From an uncultured Spirochaetota bacterium (GTDB lineage Bacteria; Spirochaetota; Spirochaetia; SZUA-6; Fen-1364), in NCBI GenBank assembly GCA_963781885.1, contig CAWAHW010000002.1, positions 1,344,001-1,408,000 of the forward strand: DNA of 64,000 bases. The letters are read 5' to 3'. Numbering within the stretch: the stretch's first letter is position 1; the number at the start of each line of letters is the position of its first letter. Made by a program: the position numbers and the translations under genes. The notes under the pieces are model-generated. The model made no database searches. It was not told the origin of the DNA and saw only the letters and a list, made by a program, of their open reading frames with translations. This document shows, piece by piece, positions 1-9,120 of the stretch.

Positions 1-1
1 G

Positions 2-577
2 AAGGCAATCGGCGCCGTCCTCATCCTCATCTGTCTGCTCACGCCGCCTTTTCACCGCGACGGGCAGGTCGTGCTTCGGCTCTTCGGCTTTGCCCTGCTG
101 ACCGCGGACGGCCTGCGTGAGACGGCGGTCATGCTCCTGCGCTTCCTCGGCATCACCTTCGGGGTTTTCGCCATGCTCCGCACGCTTCCGCTGGACGATC
201 TGGTGCTCGGGCTGCGATGGTTCCGCCTGCCCTATGCCGCGTGTCTGGTGATGATCGTGACGCTGCGCACGATCCCGTCGCTTGCGGGCACCTGGCGGAA
301 CGTGCTCGACGCGCATCGCCTGCGCGGAGGTCCGGTGGCGCAGCAAGGGCGCAAGAAGATCGTTGCGCGCTATCTGCCGCTCCTCACCTCGGTGCTCATC
401 GAGGCGGTGAAGAGTATTCCTGCCCTTGCGATGGCCCTGGAAAGTCGGGGTTTCGGCCGGCGCAACCCGCGGACTGCTTTCGCGCAGCTCCCGGCGGGGC
501 ACGCGTTCTTCCGCGACATGACGGTGTGCCTGCTCCTGTCCGCGGCGCTTCTCTGGCCGGCATTCGTGCGCTGGTGA
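2..577 (+). CDS. ecfT: ECF transporter transmembrane T component (CbiQ/EcfT), 5' truncated by window
   Basis: Frame open from base 2; hydrophobic helices plus EcfT motifs AHRLRG and LAMALESRGF. Confidence 0.85.
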   Translation, partial: KAIGAVLILICLLTPPFHRDGQVVLRLFGFALLTADGLRETAVMLLRFLGITFGVFAMLRTLPLDDLVLGLRWFRLPYAACLVMIVTLRTIPSLAGTWRNVLDAHRLRGGPVAQQGRKKIVARYLPLLTSVLIEAVKSIPALAMALESRGFGRRNPRTAFAQLPAGHAFFRDMTVCLLLSAALLWPAFVRW

Positions 578-635
578 GCTCCGGCATTCTTTCCGCGTCG
601 CGCGTTTTCTCCTATAATGAAGGGGTGAGGTGCGA

Positions 636-1163
636 ATGAAAGACGATCGACCCATCATGTCTCCCGCGTTCCGCGTGGCGTCCATCGCCGTCCTGGCAGC
701 CGTGACGACGGTGCTCACGCGCCTTGTGCAGATACCGACGACCGCGAGCAATTACATCAATCTCGGGGACGTTATCATCGTTTTTACCGCCTTGATATTC
801 GGCCCCTTTTCCGCCGCGCTCGCCGGCGGCGTCGGCACCGCGCTCGCCGACCTGCTGAGCGGACCGTTCGCGTTCTGGGCGCCCATTTCGCTCGTCGTCC
901 ACGGTCTGCAGGGTCTGCTGATCGGCCTTATCGTCCGCGCGCGGCCCTCGAACGTCCCCCTTGCGATCGCGGCCGGCGCCGTCGGAATCGTCATCATGGC
1001 AGGCGGCTATTTCGTCGCGGGGGGCTTCATCACCGGTTTCGGGCCTTCGCTCACGGCCATACCGCTCAACTGCCTCCAGGGAGGCGTCGGCGTGGTTCTT
1101 GGACTGCTCGTGGCCGCGACGGTGGAGCGGGCCTATCCGCCCGTCCGCCAATGGAAATGGTAG
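636..1163 (+). CDS. ECF transporter S component (possibly pyridoxine/HMP type)
   Basis: YINLGD...ALIFGP..AALAGGVGTALADLLSG..WAP pattern, about 6 TM helices; SD-like GGGGTGAGG and TATAAT at 613-618. Confidence 0.85.
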   Translation: MKDDRPIMSPAFRVASIAVLAAVTTVLTRLVQIPTTASNYINLGDVIIVFTALIFGPFSAALAGGVGTALADLLSGPFAFWAPISLVVHGLQGLLIGLIVRARPSNVPLAIAAGAVGIVIMAGGYFVAGGFITGFGPSLTAIPLNCLQGGVGVVLGLLVAATVERAYPPVRQWKW

Positions 1164-1849
1164 AAACGCTCGCGGCCGCATACGTCGCGGTGCAGCAGAG
1201 AATCGAGGCAGCGGCGCGCCGGGCGGGCCGCCCGCTCTCAGGTATCCGTCTCATGGCGGTGAGCAAGGGCTTTCCGCGCGCCGCTGTGGATGCCGCGCTG
1301 GCCGCAGGGCTCCGGCTTTTCGGTGAGAACAGGGTGCAGGAGGCGGAAGGGAAGTTCGCGGAACTGCCGACGGACGTCGAGCTCCACCTGATCGGACATC
1401 TCCAGCGCAACAAGGCGCGCACGGCAGCCGCCGTCTTCTCCTGCGTGCAGTCGATCGACAAGACCGAGACGGCGGAAGCGCTGGACGCGCATTGCGCGCA
1501 ACGCGGCACCGTCATGGACGTGCTGCTGGAGCTGAACGCAAGCGGCGAGCAGTCGAAATCCGGATTTGCCGACCGAGACCGGCTTCTCCGCGGCCTTGAC
1601 GCGATTTCCCGTCTCACTCATCTCCGCGTGAGGGGGCTCATGACCGTGGGTCCACTCAGCGATGAGGAAACCAGGATTCGGTCCGCCTTCTCCCTCCTGC
1701 GCAGCCTCTTCGATGAGATTCGCGACGGGCAGACCTCTTTCGATACGCTTTCCATGGGAATGTCGGGCGATTTCGAGCAGGCCATCGAGGAAGGGTCCAC
1801 GCTCGTGCGAATCGGCACGGCGCTTTTCGGGCCTCGGCAACCTCAATGA
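1151..1849 (+). CDS. yggS: YggS family PLP homeostasis protein
   Basis: MAVSK, FGENRVQE, HLIGHLQRNK, LSMGMSGDF, VRIGTALFG. Confidence 0.95.
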   Translation: MEMVETLAAAYVAVQQRIEAAARRAGRPLSGIRLMAVSKGFPRAAVDAALAAGLRLFGENRVQEAEGKFAELPTDVELHLIGHLQRNKARTAAAVFSCVQSIDKTETAEALDAHCAQRGTVMDVLLELNASGEQSKSGFADRDRLLRGLDAISRLTHLRVRGLMTVGPLSDEETRIRSAFSLLRSLFDEIRDGQTSFDTLSMGMSGDFEQAIEEGSTLVRIGTALFGPRQPQ

Positions 1850-2238
1850 GCACAAGGGTCGTGCGCGTGACGGCGCTTGCCGTCCTCCTCTGCCTCGGCG
1901 CGGCCACCGTCGGCCTGGCCGACGACCACACGCCGAAGCCGTACGACCCCGACGAGTTTGCCGCGTGGATGCGCGATCTCTGGCGCGCTGAGGCCGTTTT
2001 TGTTGGCGCATTCCCGTTCGCGATCTTCGTGACGTTTGAAGTCTACGACACCATTCGCTACGCCGAGGATGGGTTTCGTGACCCCAGCTATGCCCCCTGG
2101 CCGCTGGGCTCGGGCTCGTCGACGTACTCGACGACCGAATCCACGTGGCTTGCGGTTTCGGCCCTATCCCTTTCCCTGATCGTCGCCGGCATCGATTTCC
2201 TGATCGGTCGCATCAATGAATCCTCCCCGAAGAATTGA
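1846..2238 (+). CDS. hypothetical membrane protein with signal peptide
   Basis: ATGA overlap with yggS stop; signal peptide plus two hydrophobic segments. Confidence 0.7.
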   Translation: MSTRVVRVTALAVLLCLGAATVGLADDHTPKPYDPDEFAAWMRDLWRAEAVFVGAFPFAIFVTFEVYDTIRYAEDGFRDPSYAPWPLGSGSSTYSTTESTWLAVSALSLSLIVAGIDFLIGRINESSPKN

Positions 2239-3173
2239 AAGACGCGTCGCGCTTGCCGCGGACGACGGCGTTCGCCTGGACGTCTTCATCGCCGACCGGC
2301 TGGGTCTTTTTTCGCGCAGCCAGGCCAGGTCACGCGTCGTGTCCACGACGGTGAACGGAAAGCCGGCGCGGCTGGCGCGCAAGCTGCGCGTCGGAGACCT
2401 CGTACGCGTGGATTGGGCCGACCCTCCGCCCAGCGAGCTTGTCCCGGAGAACATCCCGTTGTGCGTCCGATTCGAAAACGAGGACGTCGTGGTCATCGAC
2501 AAGCCGCAGGGCATGGTTGTGCACCCGGGAAGCGGCAATGCGGGCGGCACCATGGTGCATGCGCTCCTCTTCCGCTACGCCGGCTTTACGGATCGGTTTG
2601 CGGAGTCCGGGAGCAGGCCGGGAATCGTCCATCGACTGGACAAGGAGACCTCCGGCATCATCATCGTGGCGCGCCACCCCGCGGCCCATGAGATGCTTGC
2701 CGCCCAGTTCCGCGACCGCAGCGTGCGCAAGCGCTACCTTGCCATCGTCCAGGGCGTGCCGGCCGAGCGGGAGGGCAGGATCGACAAGCGCATCGCAAGG
2801 GACCCGCACGACAGGAAGAGATTCACCTGCGTCGCCACCGGTGGAAGGACCGCCTCGACGCGCTACCGCGTGTTGCGCAGCTTCGGCGCGGGAAAAGGCT
2901 CATATTCACTGGTTGTTCTGGCGCCGCGCACGGGGCGTACGCACCAGCTGCGCGTCCACATGAAGTCCATCGGAACCCCCATACTCGGCAACCCCGTCTA
3001 CGGCCGGCCCAGACGCGCGCTTTCCCGCCAGCAGGCTCATGCTCCACGCCCGCAGTCTCACCATCAGGATACCCGGAGAGGAGCAGGCGCGCACATTCGT
3101 CTCACCGATGCCCGATCGGTTCCGCGGCGTGCTGCGGGAGATTCAGAACTTTTCGCCCAGGACGGAATTGTAG
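2216..3173 (+). CDS. rluD: RluA/RluD family pseudouridine synthase; +1 frameshift near 3010
   Basis: S4 domain RLDVF, DKPQGMVVHP, HRLDKETSG, TGRTHQLRVH; the C-terminus RLMLHARSL...TEL* continues in the next frame to TAG at 3171-3173. Confidence 0.85.
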
Positions 3174-3712
3174 AGCTTTTCAATCCCCACCTTCGAGGGC
3201 GGCCCATGTCCGGGGAATATCAGCACCTCGTCACCGAGTGATAAAAGCTTGTCGCGCACGGATTCCAGAAGCAGCCCCCGCGCATAGCCGTCGCGCGTCG
3301 TCCCGATCGTGCCCGCCGACAGGGTATCTCCCGTAAAAAGGAGGTGACCGCAGAGAAAACAGACCGAATCGATTGAGTGCCCCGGTGTCTCGATGACGCG
3401 AATGGTGAACTCTCCGAGATCGAGCGAGTCCCCGTCTTTGATGTGCCGGGCAGGGAAGTCGAGAACGCTGGGCTGGTTTGCGTAGATCACCGACTCGTAG
3501 ACCTTGCGTAGCGCGCGGATGCCATTGATATGCGCGTTGTGGGCATGCGTCACGAGGATGGACCGAACATACAGGCCGTTCTCCTCTACCGCCTGGAGGA
3601 GCTGCGCGTCGAATGCGCCCGGGTCGATCAGGATGGCGTCGCCCCCGCCGTCGGATCCGATGAGGTACGAGTTGGAGAATCCCAGCCGGGAAAAAAGCGA
3701 AAAGAACTTCAT
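3143..3712 (-). CDS. MBL-fold metallo-hydrolase (glyoxalase II-like)
   Basis: NSYLI, LIDPG, THAHNAH, TPGHS, LFTGDTL, IFPGHGP; start ATG overlaps the pentapeptide gene stop. Confidence 0.9.
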   Translation of the reverse strand: MKFFSLFSRLGFSNSYLIGSDGGGDAILIDPGAFDAQLLQAVEENGLYVRSILVTHAHNAHINGIRALRKVYESVIYANQPSVLDFPARHIKDGDSLDLGEFTIRVIETPGHSIDSVCFLCGHLLFTGDTLSAGTIGTTRDGYARGLLLESVRDKLLSLGDEVLIFPGHGPPSKVGIEKLYNSVLGEKF

Positions 3713-4293
3713 GGCGACTGTTCCAGGAAGACCGCTTCGTTTGGATTGGAGGACCTGAAGTCGACGATGGCGCGGTGCCCCGCATCGAAGAGCGTGCGCA
3801 TGAGACTGCAATCGCGCATGCCCACCTCCTGCAAAATGGAGCCGACAAATCGCGAGCCATAGAGGTTGGAGTGGTCGAATTGCGTACGAACGGCGCGAAT
3901 GCCAAGGAAATTGCACTGCACGATCTCGCATTCGGCGAACGTGCAGTCCAGGAGCTCGCAGCCGGCGAAGACCGAGTTCAGGAAATTCCCGCCCGTTGCG
4001 TCGCAGGAGGTGAAGGTGGCGCGGTCCAGGAAAGAGAGATGAATCTGGGCGCCGCGGAGGATGACGCGCGCCATCGTGGCGGCCGTCAGCCGGCAGCCGT
4101 ACAGCTGCACGCCCGACAGGTCCACGTCCTCGATGCGCGCCCCCGCCAGGTCCAGGTCCCGCACGACGCGCCCCGGCTGGAGAATGCTGCGCACATGGGC
4201 CACAGGGGAAGGGTGGTGCACGACGCAGGTCGTCGCACCCGAGAGGGCGGGGCGGCCGCACCCCTGCACGGCACATGACCGGGGAACGAACAT
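3709..4293 (-). CDS. pentapeptide-repeat protein with N-terminal Cys/His zinc-finger-like motif
   Basis: CAVQGC...CVVHH, then repeats such as DLAGA, DLSGV, RLTAA; start at 4293 chosen from promoter geometry. Confidence 0.85.
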   Translation of the reverse strand: MFVPRSCAVQGCGRPALSGATTCVVHHPSPVAHVRSILQPGRVVRDLDLAGARIEDVDLSGVQLYGCRLTAATMARVILRGAQIHLSFLDRATFTSCDATGGNFLNSVFAGCELLDCTFAECEIVQCNFLGIRAVRTQFDHSNLYGSRFVGSILQEVGMRDCSLMRTLFDAGHRAIVDFRSSNPNEAVFLEQSP

Positions 4294-4300
4294 GGCCTTA

Positions 4301-4329
4301 AGATTACCCATTCATATCTGCGGGTGCAA
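4301..4329 (-). promoter_or_regulatory. sigma70-type promoter, leaderless geometry
   Basis: TTGCAC-N17-TAATCT-N7-ATG(4293). Confidence 0.55.
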
Positions 4330-4365
4330 GGCCGGGCAGGGGATTTGCAGGATTTACCGTCATAC

Positions 4366-4394
4366 TTGCCGCCTCCGCGGCCTTGGTATATCCT
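4366..4394 (+). promoter_or_regulatory. sigma70-type promoter, leaderless geometry
   Basis: TTGCCG-N17-TATCCT-N7-ATG(4402). Confidence 0.55.
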
Positions 4395-4401
4395 GTGTGC
4401 G

Positions 4402-4704
4402 ATGTATGCCTGCCATTTCTGCGGGACGGAGGTCGGGAATCCACGCGAAGTATTCAGGAACTCGACCTGCGCTTCCTGTCAAAAGGACCTGAAAATATGC
4501 CTCAACTGCCGGTTCTACAGCCCCGGCGCCCACTGGGATTGCGGTGAAACTATCGACGAGCAGGTGAAGGACAAGGATCGGGCCAACTTCTGTACGTTTT
4601 TCTCCTTCCGCGTCGCGACGCCCGGCACGAAGGCAGAGCAGCAAAAGGACGCGCGGCAGCAGGCAAAACGAAAAATCGACACGCTATTCGGCGATGAGTC
4701 CTGA
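4402..4704 (+). CDS. small Cys-rich (zinc-binding) hypothetical protein
   Basis: CHFC, CASC, CLNC, WDC, NFC; overlaps the murI start. Confidence 0.8.
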   Translation: MYACHFCGTEVGNPREVFRNSTCASCQKDLKICLNCRFYSPGAHWDCGETIDEQVKDKDRANFCTFFSFRVATPGTKAEQQKDARQQAKRKIDTLFGDES

Positions 4705-5485
4705 GACAATAGGCTTTCTTGATTCCGGCATCGGCGGCCTGCCGTACCTGGCGCACCTTCGCATGCGCCTGGGCGGCGGGCGTCTCGTCTATGTGGCGGA
4801 CCGGGCGAACTTCCCCTACGGGGAAAAAACACGGGAACAGGTCCTTGCGGCATCGCTCTCCGTCGCGGAACGCCTCATCGCGCGGGAGAACCCACGGCTG
4901 ATTGTCGTCGCCTGCAACACGATGTCCGTCATCGCCCTTGAGGCGCTCCGCGAGCGCTTCCCGCTGCCCTTCGTCGGGGTGGTTCCTGCCGTAAAGCCGG
5001 CCGCCGAGCTTTCGCGCAAACGGCGCGTGGGAGTGCTTGCAACCCGGCAGACCGTGGAGGGGGAATACCTGCGGGGGCTCATCGAACGCTACGCCTCCGG
5101 CTGCGCCGTTGTAAGCCTCTCGTCGGCGCGGCTGGTCGAGTTCGTCGAGAGGGAAATGGCCGACGCATCGGACGAAGTGCGCATGGAAAGGGTGCGCGAG
5201 GAGGTGGAGCGCTTCCACACCGCGCGCATCGACGCGCTGGTTCTGGGCTGCACGCATTTTCTCCATCTCGAGCAGGAGTTCCGCCGGCTCCTTGAGGCAG
5301 AGGCCATCGCGCTCGTGGATTCGCGCGACGGCGTCTCCCGCCAGGTCGTGCGCCTCCTGCCCCCCGATATCGGTGCATCCAACGGCTCCCCGCATGTGAT
5401 GTATCTCACCGGCGCAGAGCCCCTGGAAGAGCGCTACCAATGGTTTGCCGCCCGATTCGGCCTGCAGCTGGCGGGCACCCTGTAG
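4694..5485 (+). CDS. murI: glutamate racemase
   Basis: DSGIGG, FPYGEK, VVACNT, VLGCTHF. Confidence 0.95.
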   Translation: MSPETIGFLDSGIGGLPYLAHLRMRLGGGRLVYVADRANFPYGEKTREQVLAASLSVAERLIARENPRLIVVACNTMSVIALEALRERFPLPFVGVVPAVKPAAELSRKRRVGVLATRQTVEGEYLRGLIERYASGCAVVSLSSARLVEFVEREMADASDEVRMERVREEVERFHTARIDALVLGCTHFLHLEQEFRRLLEAEAIALVDSRDGVSRQVVRLLPPDIGASNGSPHVMYLTGAEPLEERYQWFAARFGLQLAGTL

Positions 5486-5491
5486 GAACAT

Positions 5492-6445
5492 ATGGCGCCG
5501 AAAAAAACCGGCGAAGTGCTTTTCGGCATCAACTCCATCTACACGGTCGCCTCGGAGGGCGCGCGATACCAGTGTCGCATCAAGGGCAAGAAGGTGCGCG
5601 AGGATGCGCGCAGCTACAACCCGATCGCCCCCGGAGACCTTGTCGAGCTGATTCCCGATGATTACCACCCCCACGAAGCGATGATCAGCGCCGTGCTTCC
5701 CCGTCGCACGCGCCTCGTGCGTTGGAACAAGAAGGGCCGGGCCCCGCAGGTGCTTGCCGCGAATGCGGACATCGCGGTGTGCGTCACGAGCCCCGCTTCC
5801 CCGCCGTTTCGGCCGCGCTTCATCGATCGGCTGATCGTCGCCGCGGAGACCGGAGGCCTGACGCCCGTCGTCGTCCTCAATAAGTGCGATCTCACTCCGG
5901 CGGCTGACGTGACGGGGCGGCTGGACCATTACCGCGGAATGGGCTATCGGACGCTCGCCTGCTCGGCGCTCACGGGCGAAGGGCTGGGCGAGCTTGCCGA
6001 CCTTCTTTCGCGGCAGCTCGCGGTGCTCGTCGGCCAGTCGGGCGTCGGAAAGTCGTCGCTCCTCAACGCGCTCTGCCCCGGGGCGGCAATGCGCGTCGGC
6101 GAGCTTTCCGAAAAGCACAACCGGGGCAATCACACGACCATCGTCTCGATCCTGCTGGAGATGAATGACGGGCTGCGCGTCGTCGACACGCCGGGCATCC
6201 GCGAGCTGGAGCTCGCCGACGTGCTTCCGGACGAAATTGGTTTTCACTTCCGTGATTTCGCTCCCTTCATGCAGGACTGCTCCTTTCAGCCCTGCCTCCA
6301 CGACGGAGCGCCTCAATGCGCGGTCGCCGCCGCGGTGGAATCCGGAGAAATACATCCCGACCGCTATGAGAGCTACCTCCGCATCCTGCAGGAGCTGCGG
6401 GATTCCCGAAAGGGCATGTACGGGAGGACATTCCGCGATGGATGA
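5492..6445 (+). CDS. rsgA: ribosome small subunit-dependent GTPase A
   Basis: NKCD, GQSGVGKSS, GNHTT, DTPG, C-terminal CSFQPCLH..C Zn finger. Confidence 0.95.
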   Translation: MAPKKTGEVLFGINSIYTVASEGARYQCRIKGKKVREDARSYNPIAPGDLVELIPDDYHPHEAMISAVLPRRTRLVRWNKKGRAPQVLAANADIAVCVTSPASPPFRPRFIDRLIVAAETGGLTPVVVLNKCDLTPAADVTGRLDHYRGMGYRTLACSALTGEGLGELADLLSRQLAVLVGQSGVGKSSLLNALCPGAAMRVGELSEKHNRGNHTTIVSILLEMNDGLRVVDTPGIRELELADVLPDEIGFHFRDFAPFMQDCSFQPCLHDGAPQCAVAAAVESGEIHPDRYESYLRILQELRDSRKGMYGRTFRDG

Positions 6446-8775
6446 GCATACCCTGGAGCTTCTCGAATTCCCAAAGATCGTGGAGGAGCTCGCGTCGCTC
6501 TGCGCGAGCCCCGAGGGCGCGGCGCTCCTCCGCGGCCAGCCCATCATGACCGACAAGGGGCTGATCGAGCAGCGAATCTCCCTGGCGCTGGAGCTCCGCG
6601 CGATACTCGAATCGGGCGCTTCAATGCCTGGTTTCGATTTTCCCGACATCGACGATGCGACGCCGCGCCTGGGCAAGCAGGGGCTCCAGCTCGAAGGGGA
6701 AGAGCTGGCCGCCATCGGGCGATGGATACTCTCCGGTCTCAAGATGAAGCGTCTCATCGAAAAGGATGCGCGCGGCGGCGTTGCCGAAATGGCCGCGGGC
6801 ATCCCCGACCTGAGCGCTCTGTCCAAGCGCATATTCCGCGTCGTGGACCATGACGGACAGCTGCGCGAAAAGCAGCTCCCCGAGCTTGCGGCGATACGCG
6901 ACCGCATCCGCCGGCACCGCGAAGACGCGGACAAGTCCGTGCGCGGCCTCCTGGAGGAGAACGCGTACCGCGGGTACTGGCAGACGGCGCTGCCGACGCA
7001 GCGCGACGGGAGGGTGGTGCTGCCCCTGAAGGCCCAATACAAGGGGAGGGTCAAGGGTATCGTGCACGAGATGTCGTCCAGCGGGTCGACGCTCTTCATC
7101 GAGCCTCTGGAAGTGGTGGAGAAGAACAACGCCATCGTGCAGGAGGAAAACCTGTACCGGCTGGAGATGCGGCGCATCCTGCGCGAGCTCACCGCCGAGG
7201 TGTCGGCGCGCGCAGGCGAGCTCGACACGCTGGTGGCGACCGTCGCATTCATCGATACGCTGATGGCGCGCGCTCGCTATGCCGTCCAGCACCGGTGCAG
7301 CCGCGTGGAGAACGGCGGGCAGACCATCGCGCTGCGGGAGGCGCGGCATCCACTTCTTGGCGCCGCGGTCGTCCCGGTGTCGATCACGCTGGCGCAGGAC
7401 CTGCGCGTGCTCATCATCACGGGACCCAATACCGGCGGAAAGACCGTGAGCCTGAAGACCGTGGGGGTCCTGGCCCTGATGAACCAGTTCGGCATGGAGG
7501 TGCCCTCCGGGGAGGGATCGCGGCTGCCGATATTCGACGCGGTGCTTGCCGACATCGGTGACGAGCAGTCAATCGAGCAGTCTCTTTCCACCTTTTCCGG
7601 GCACGTGAAAAATCTTGCGGCCATCGTGAAGCAGGCGGGGCCGCATTCCCTCGTGCTCCTGGACGAGCTGGGCGCCGGCACCGATCCGCAGGAGGGCGTG
7701 GCCCTTGCCATGGCGCTTCTGGACCACTTCATGGCGCGCGGCTGCTCCGTCATGGCGACGACGCACCACGGCATCCTCAAGAATTATGGCGCGACCCGGC
7801 CCGGCGCGCAGAACGCCTCCATGGGATTCGATCCGGAGAGCTTTGCGCCGACGTACCGCATCCAGATGGGCGTGCCGGGAGAAAGCCATGCGCTGGAGAT
7901 CGCGCGCCGCAGCGGCATGCCGGAGAATGTGCTTGCAAGCGCCTTTTCGTATCTCGATGACGAGCGCACCGACATCTCGAAGCTCGTGTCGCACCTCGCC
8001 GAGAGGCACCAGAAGCTTTCCCAGGCCGAGGAGGTTCAGACGGAGCGCGAGAACGAGCTGCGGGAAAAGCGAAGGTCGGCGGACCTGAAGGAGCTCACGC
8101 TGCGGCAGAAGGAGCTGGAGCTGCGCCGGCACGGCCTGCGGGAGCTCAGGGACTTCATCGAGCAGGCACGCAAGGAGTGGGAGTCGCTGCGGCAATCCTC
8201 TTCCGCGCCCGCCGGCGCCGAGTTCGGCGCGCTGGCGGCCGGCATCCAGGAGCGCATCGAAAAGGAAGAGCAGAGGATCTCTGAAGAGAGGGATGCCCTG
8301 GCGCCGGCCGCCACATTCGACGTGCAGGAGGGGATGGAGGTCGTGATCGCGCGCACGGGAAGGAGGGGCAGGGTGCTCCGCCGGGACAAGGGACCGCGAT
8401 GGATCGTGGAGACGGAGACGCTGCGTCTGTCCCTCCTGCCCGGCGAGCTTCGCCCCGCGCCCGCCGTGCCTGACAAGGAGGCCTCAGGGGTCTCGGTGAG
8501 CTTTTCTTCGGCAGGGACGACGGATACGCCGGCGCTCGAGCTGTACCTCATCGGGCTGCGCGTGGAAGAGGCCATGCAAAAGGTGGAGAAGCAGATCGAC
8601 AACGCCCTCGTGCACGGGTTGCGCGATCTTCAGCATCGTGCACGGAAAAGGGGAGGGGAAGCTCCGCACCGCCGTGCACGCGTACCTCCGCGCCCTTCCG
8701 CTGGTTGAGGAGTTCCATTTTTCCGCGCCCGAGGAAGGCGGATTCGGCAAGACCATCGTCACGCTCAGGATGTAA
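6438..8775 (+). CDS. mutS2: MutS2 endonuclease; +1 frameshift near 8627 inside the Smr domain
   Basis: TGPNTGGKT, DIGDEQSIEQSLSTFSGH, LLDELGAGTDP; Smr motif IVHGKGEGKLR...GGFGKT in the next frame to TAA at 8773-8775. Confidence 0.9.
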
Positions 8776-8818
8776 GTCTTCGAACAACCGCGTATCCCGT
8801 CCACGCGCGGCGGTCAGC

Positions 8819-8847
8819 TTGCCATCCCCATGGCCGGACGATAGTAT
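8819..8847 (+). promoter_or_regulatory. sigma70-type promoter, leaderless geometry, ahead of the small ORF-uvrA-lptD unit
   Basis: TTGCCA-N17-TAGTAT-N6-ATG(8854). Confidence 0.6.
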
Positions 8848-8853
8848 TGCGCG

Positions 8854-9120
8854 ATGGATTCCGGTGTCTTCGGCCAGGTCTTTTCCTCCTGGGAGGTGAT
8901 TGCCGCCTCCCTCGTCCTCATCCTCCTTCTGCCGCTCGTCTTCTATGTCGCCTCGACCCGTGCGCGGAAGAAGAAGCCGGCGCGTCTTGCCCCCCCGAGG
9001 TCAAAAGCGAAACCGGCGGCTGCTCCGAAGAAGGATGAGCGCGAGGAGGTGCGCGGGCCGCGGGAGGGCCGGCCCTCCCGGTCGATCGAGCCGCCAGACG
9101 ATGCCGAAGGGAAAAAATGA
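8854..9120 (+). CDS. small single-TM protein with basic tail
   Basis: One hydrophobic helix then K/R/P-rich tail; ATGA-coupled to uvrA. Confidence 0.7.
   Translation: MDSGVFGQVFSSWEVIAASLVLILLLPLVFYVASTRARKKKPARLAPPRSKAKPAAAPKKDEREEVRGPREGRPSRSIEPPDDAEGKK

Noticed and set aside
4550-7252. 900-aa minus-strand ORF and similar long antisense ORFs (e.g. 16574-18823, 25596-27497, 59399-61147, 62661-63974)
   Set aside because: Shadow frames of well-supported genes in GC-rich DNA; no recognisable motifs.
8600-8660. Programmed frameshift giving MutS2 with or without its Smr domain
   Set aside because: No slippery heptamer at the shift site; one of many similar indels in this assembly.
8776-8853. 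LexA/SOS box upstream of the uvrA unit
   Set aside because: CGAAC at 8781 has no matching GTTC half-site, and there is no CTGT-N8-ACAG.
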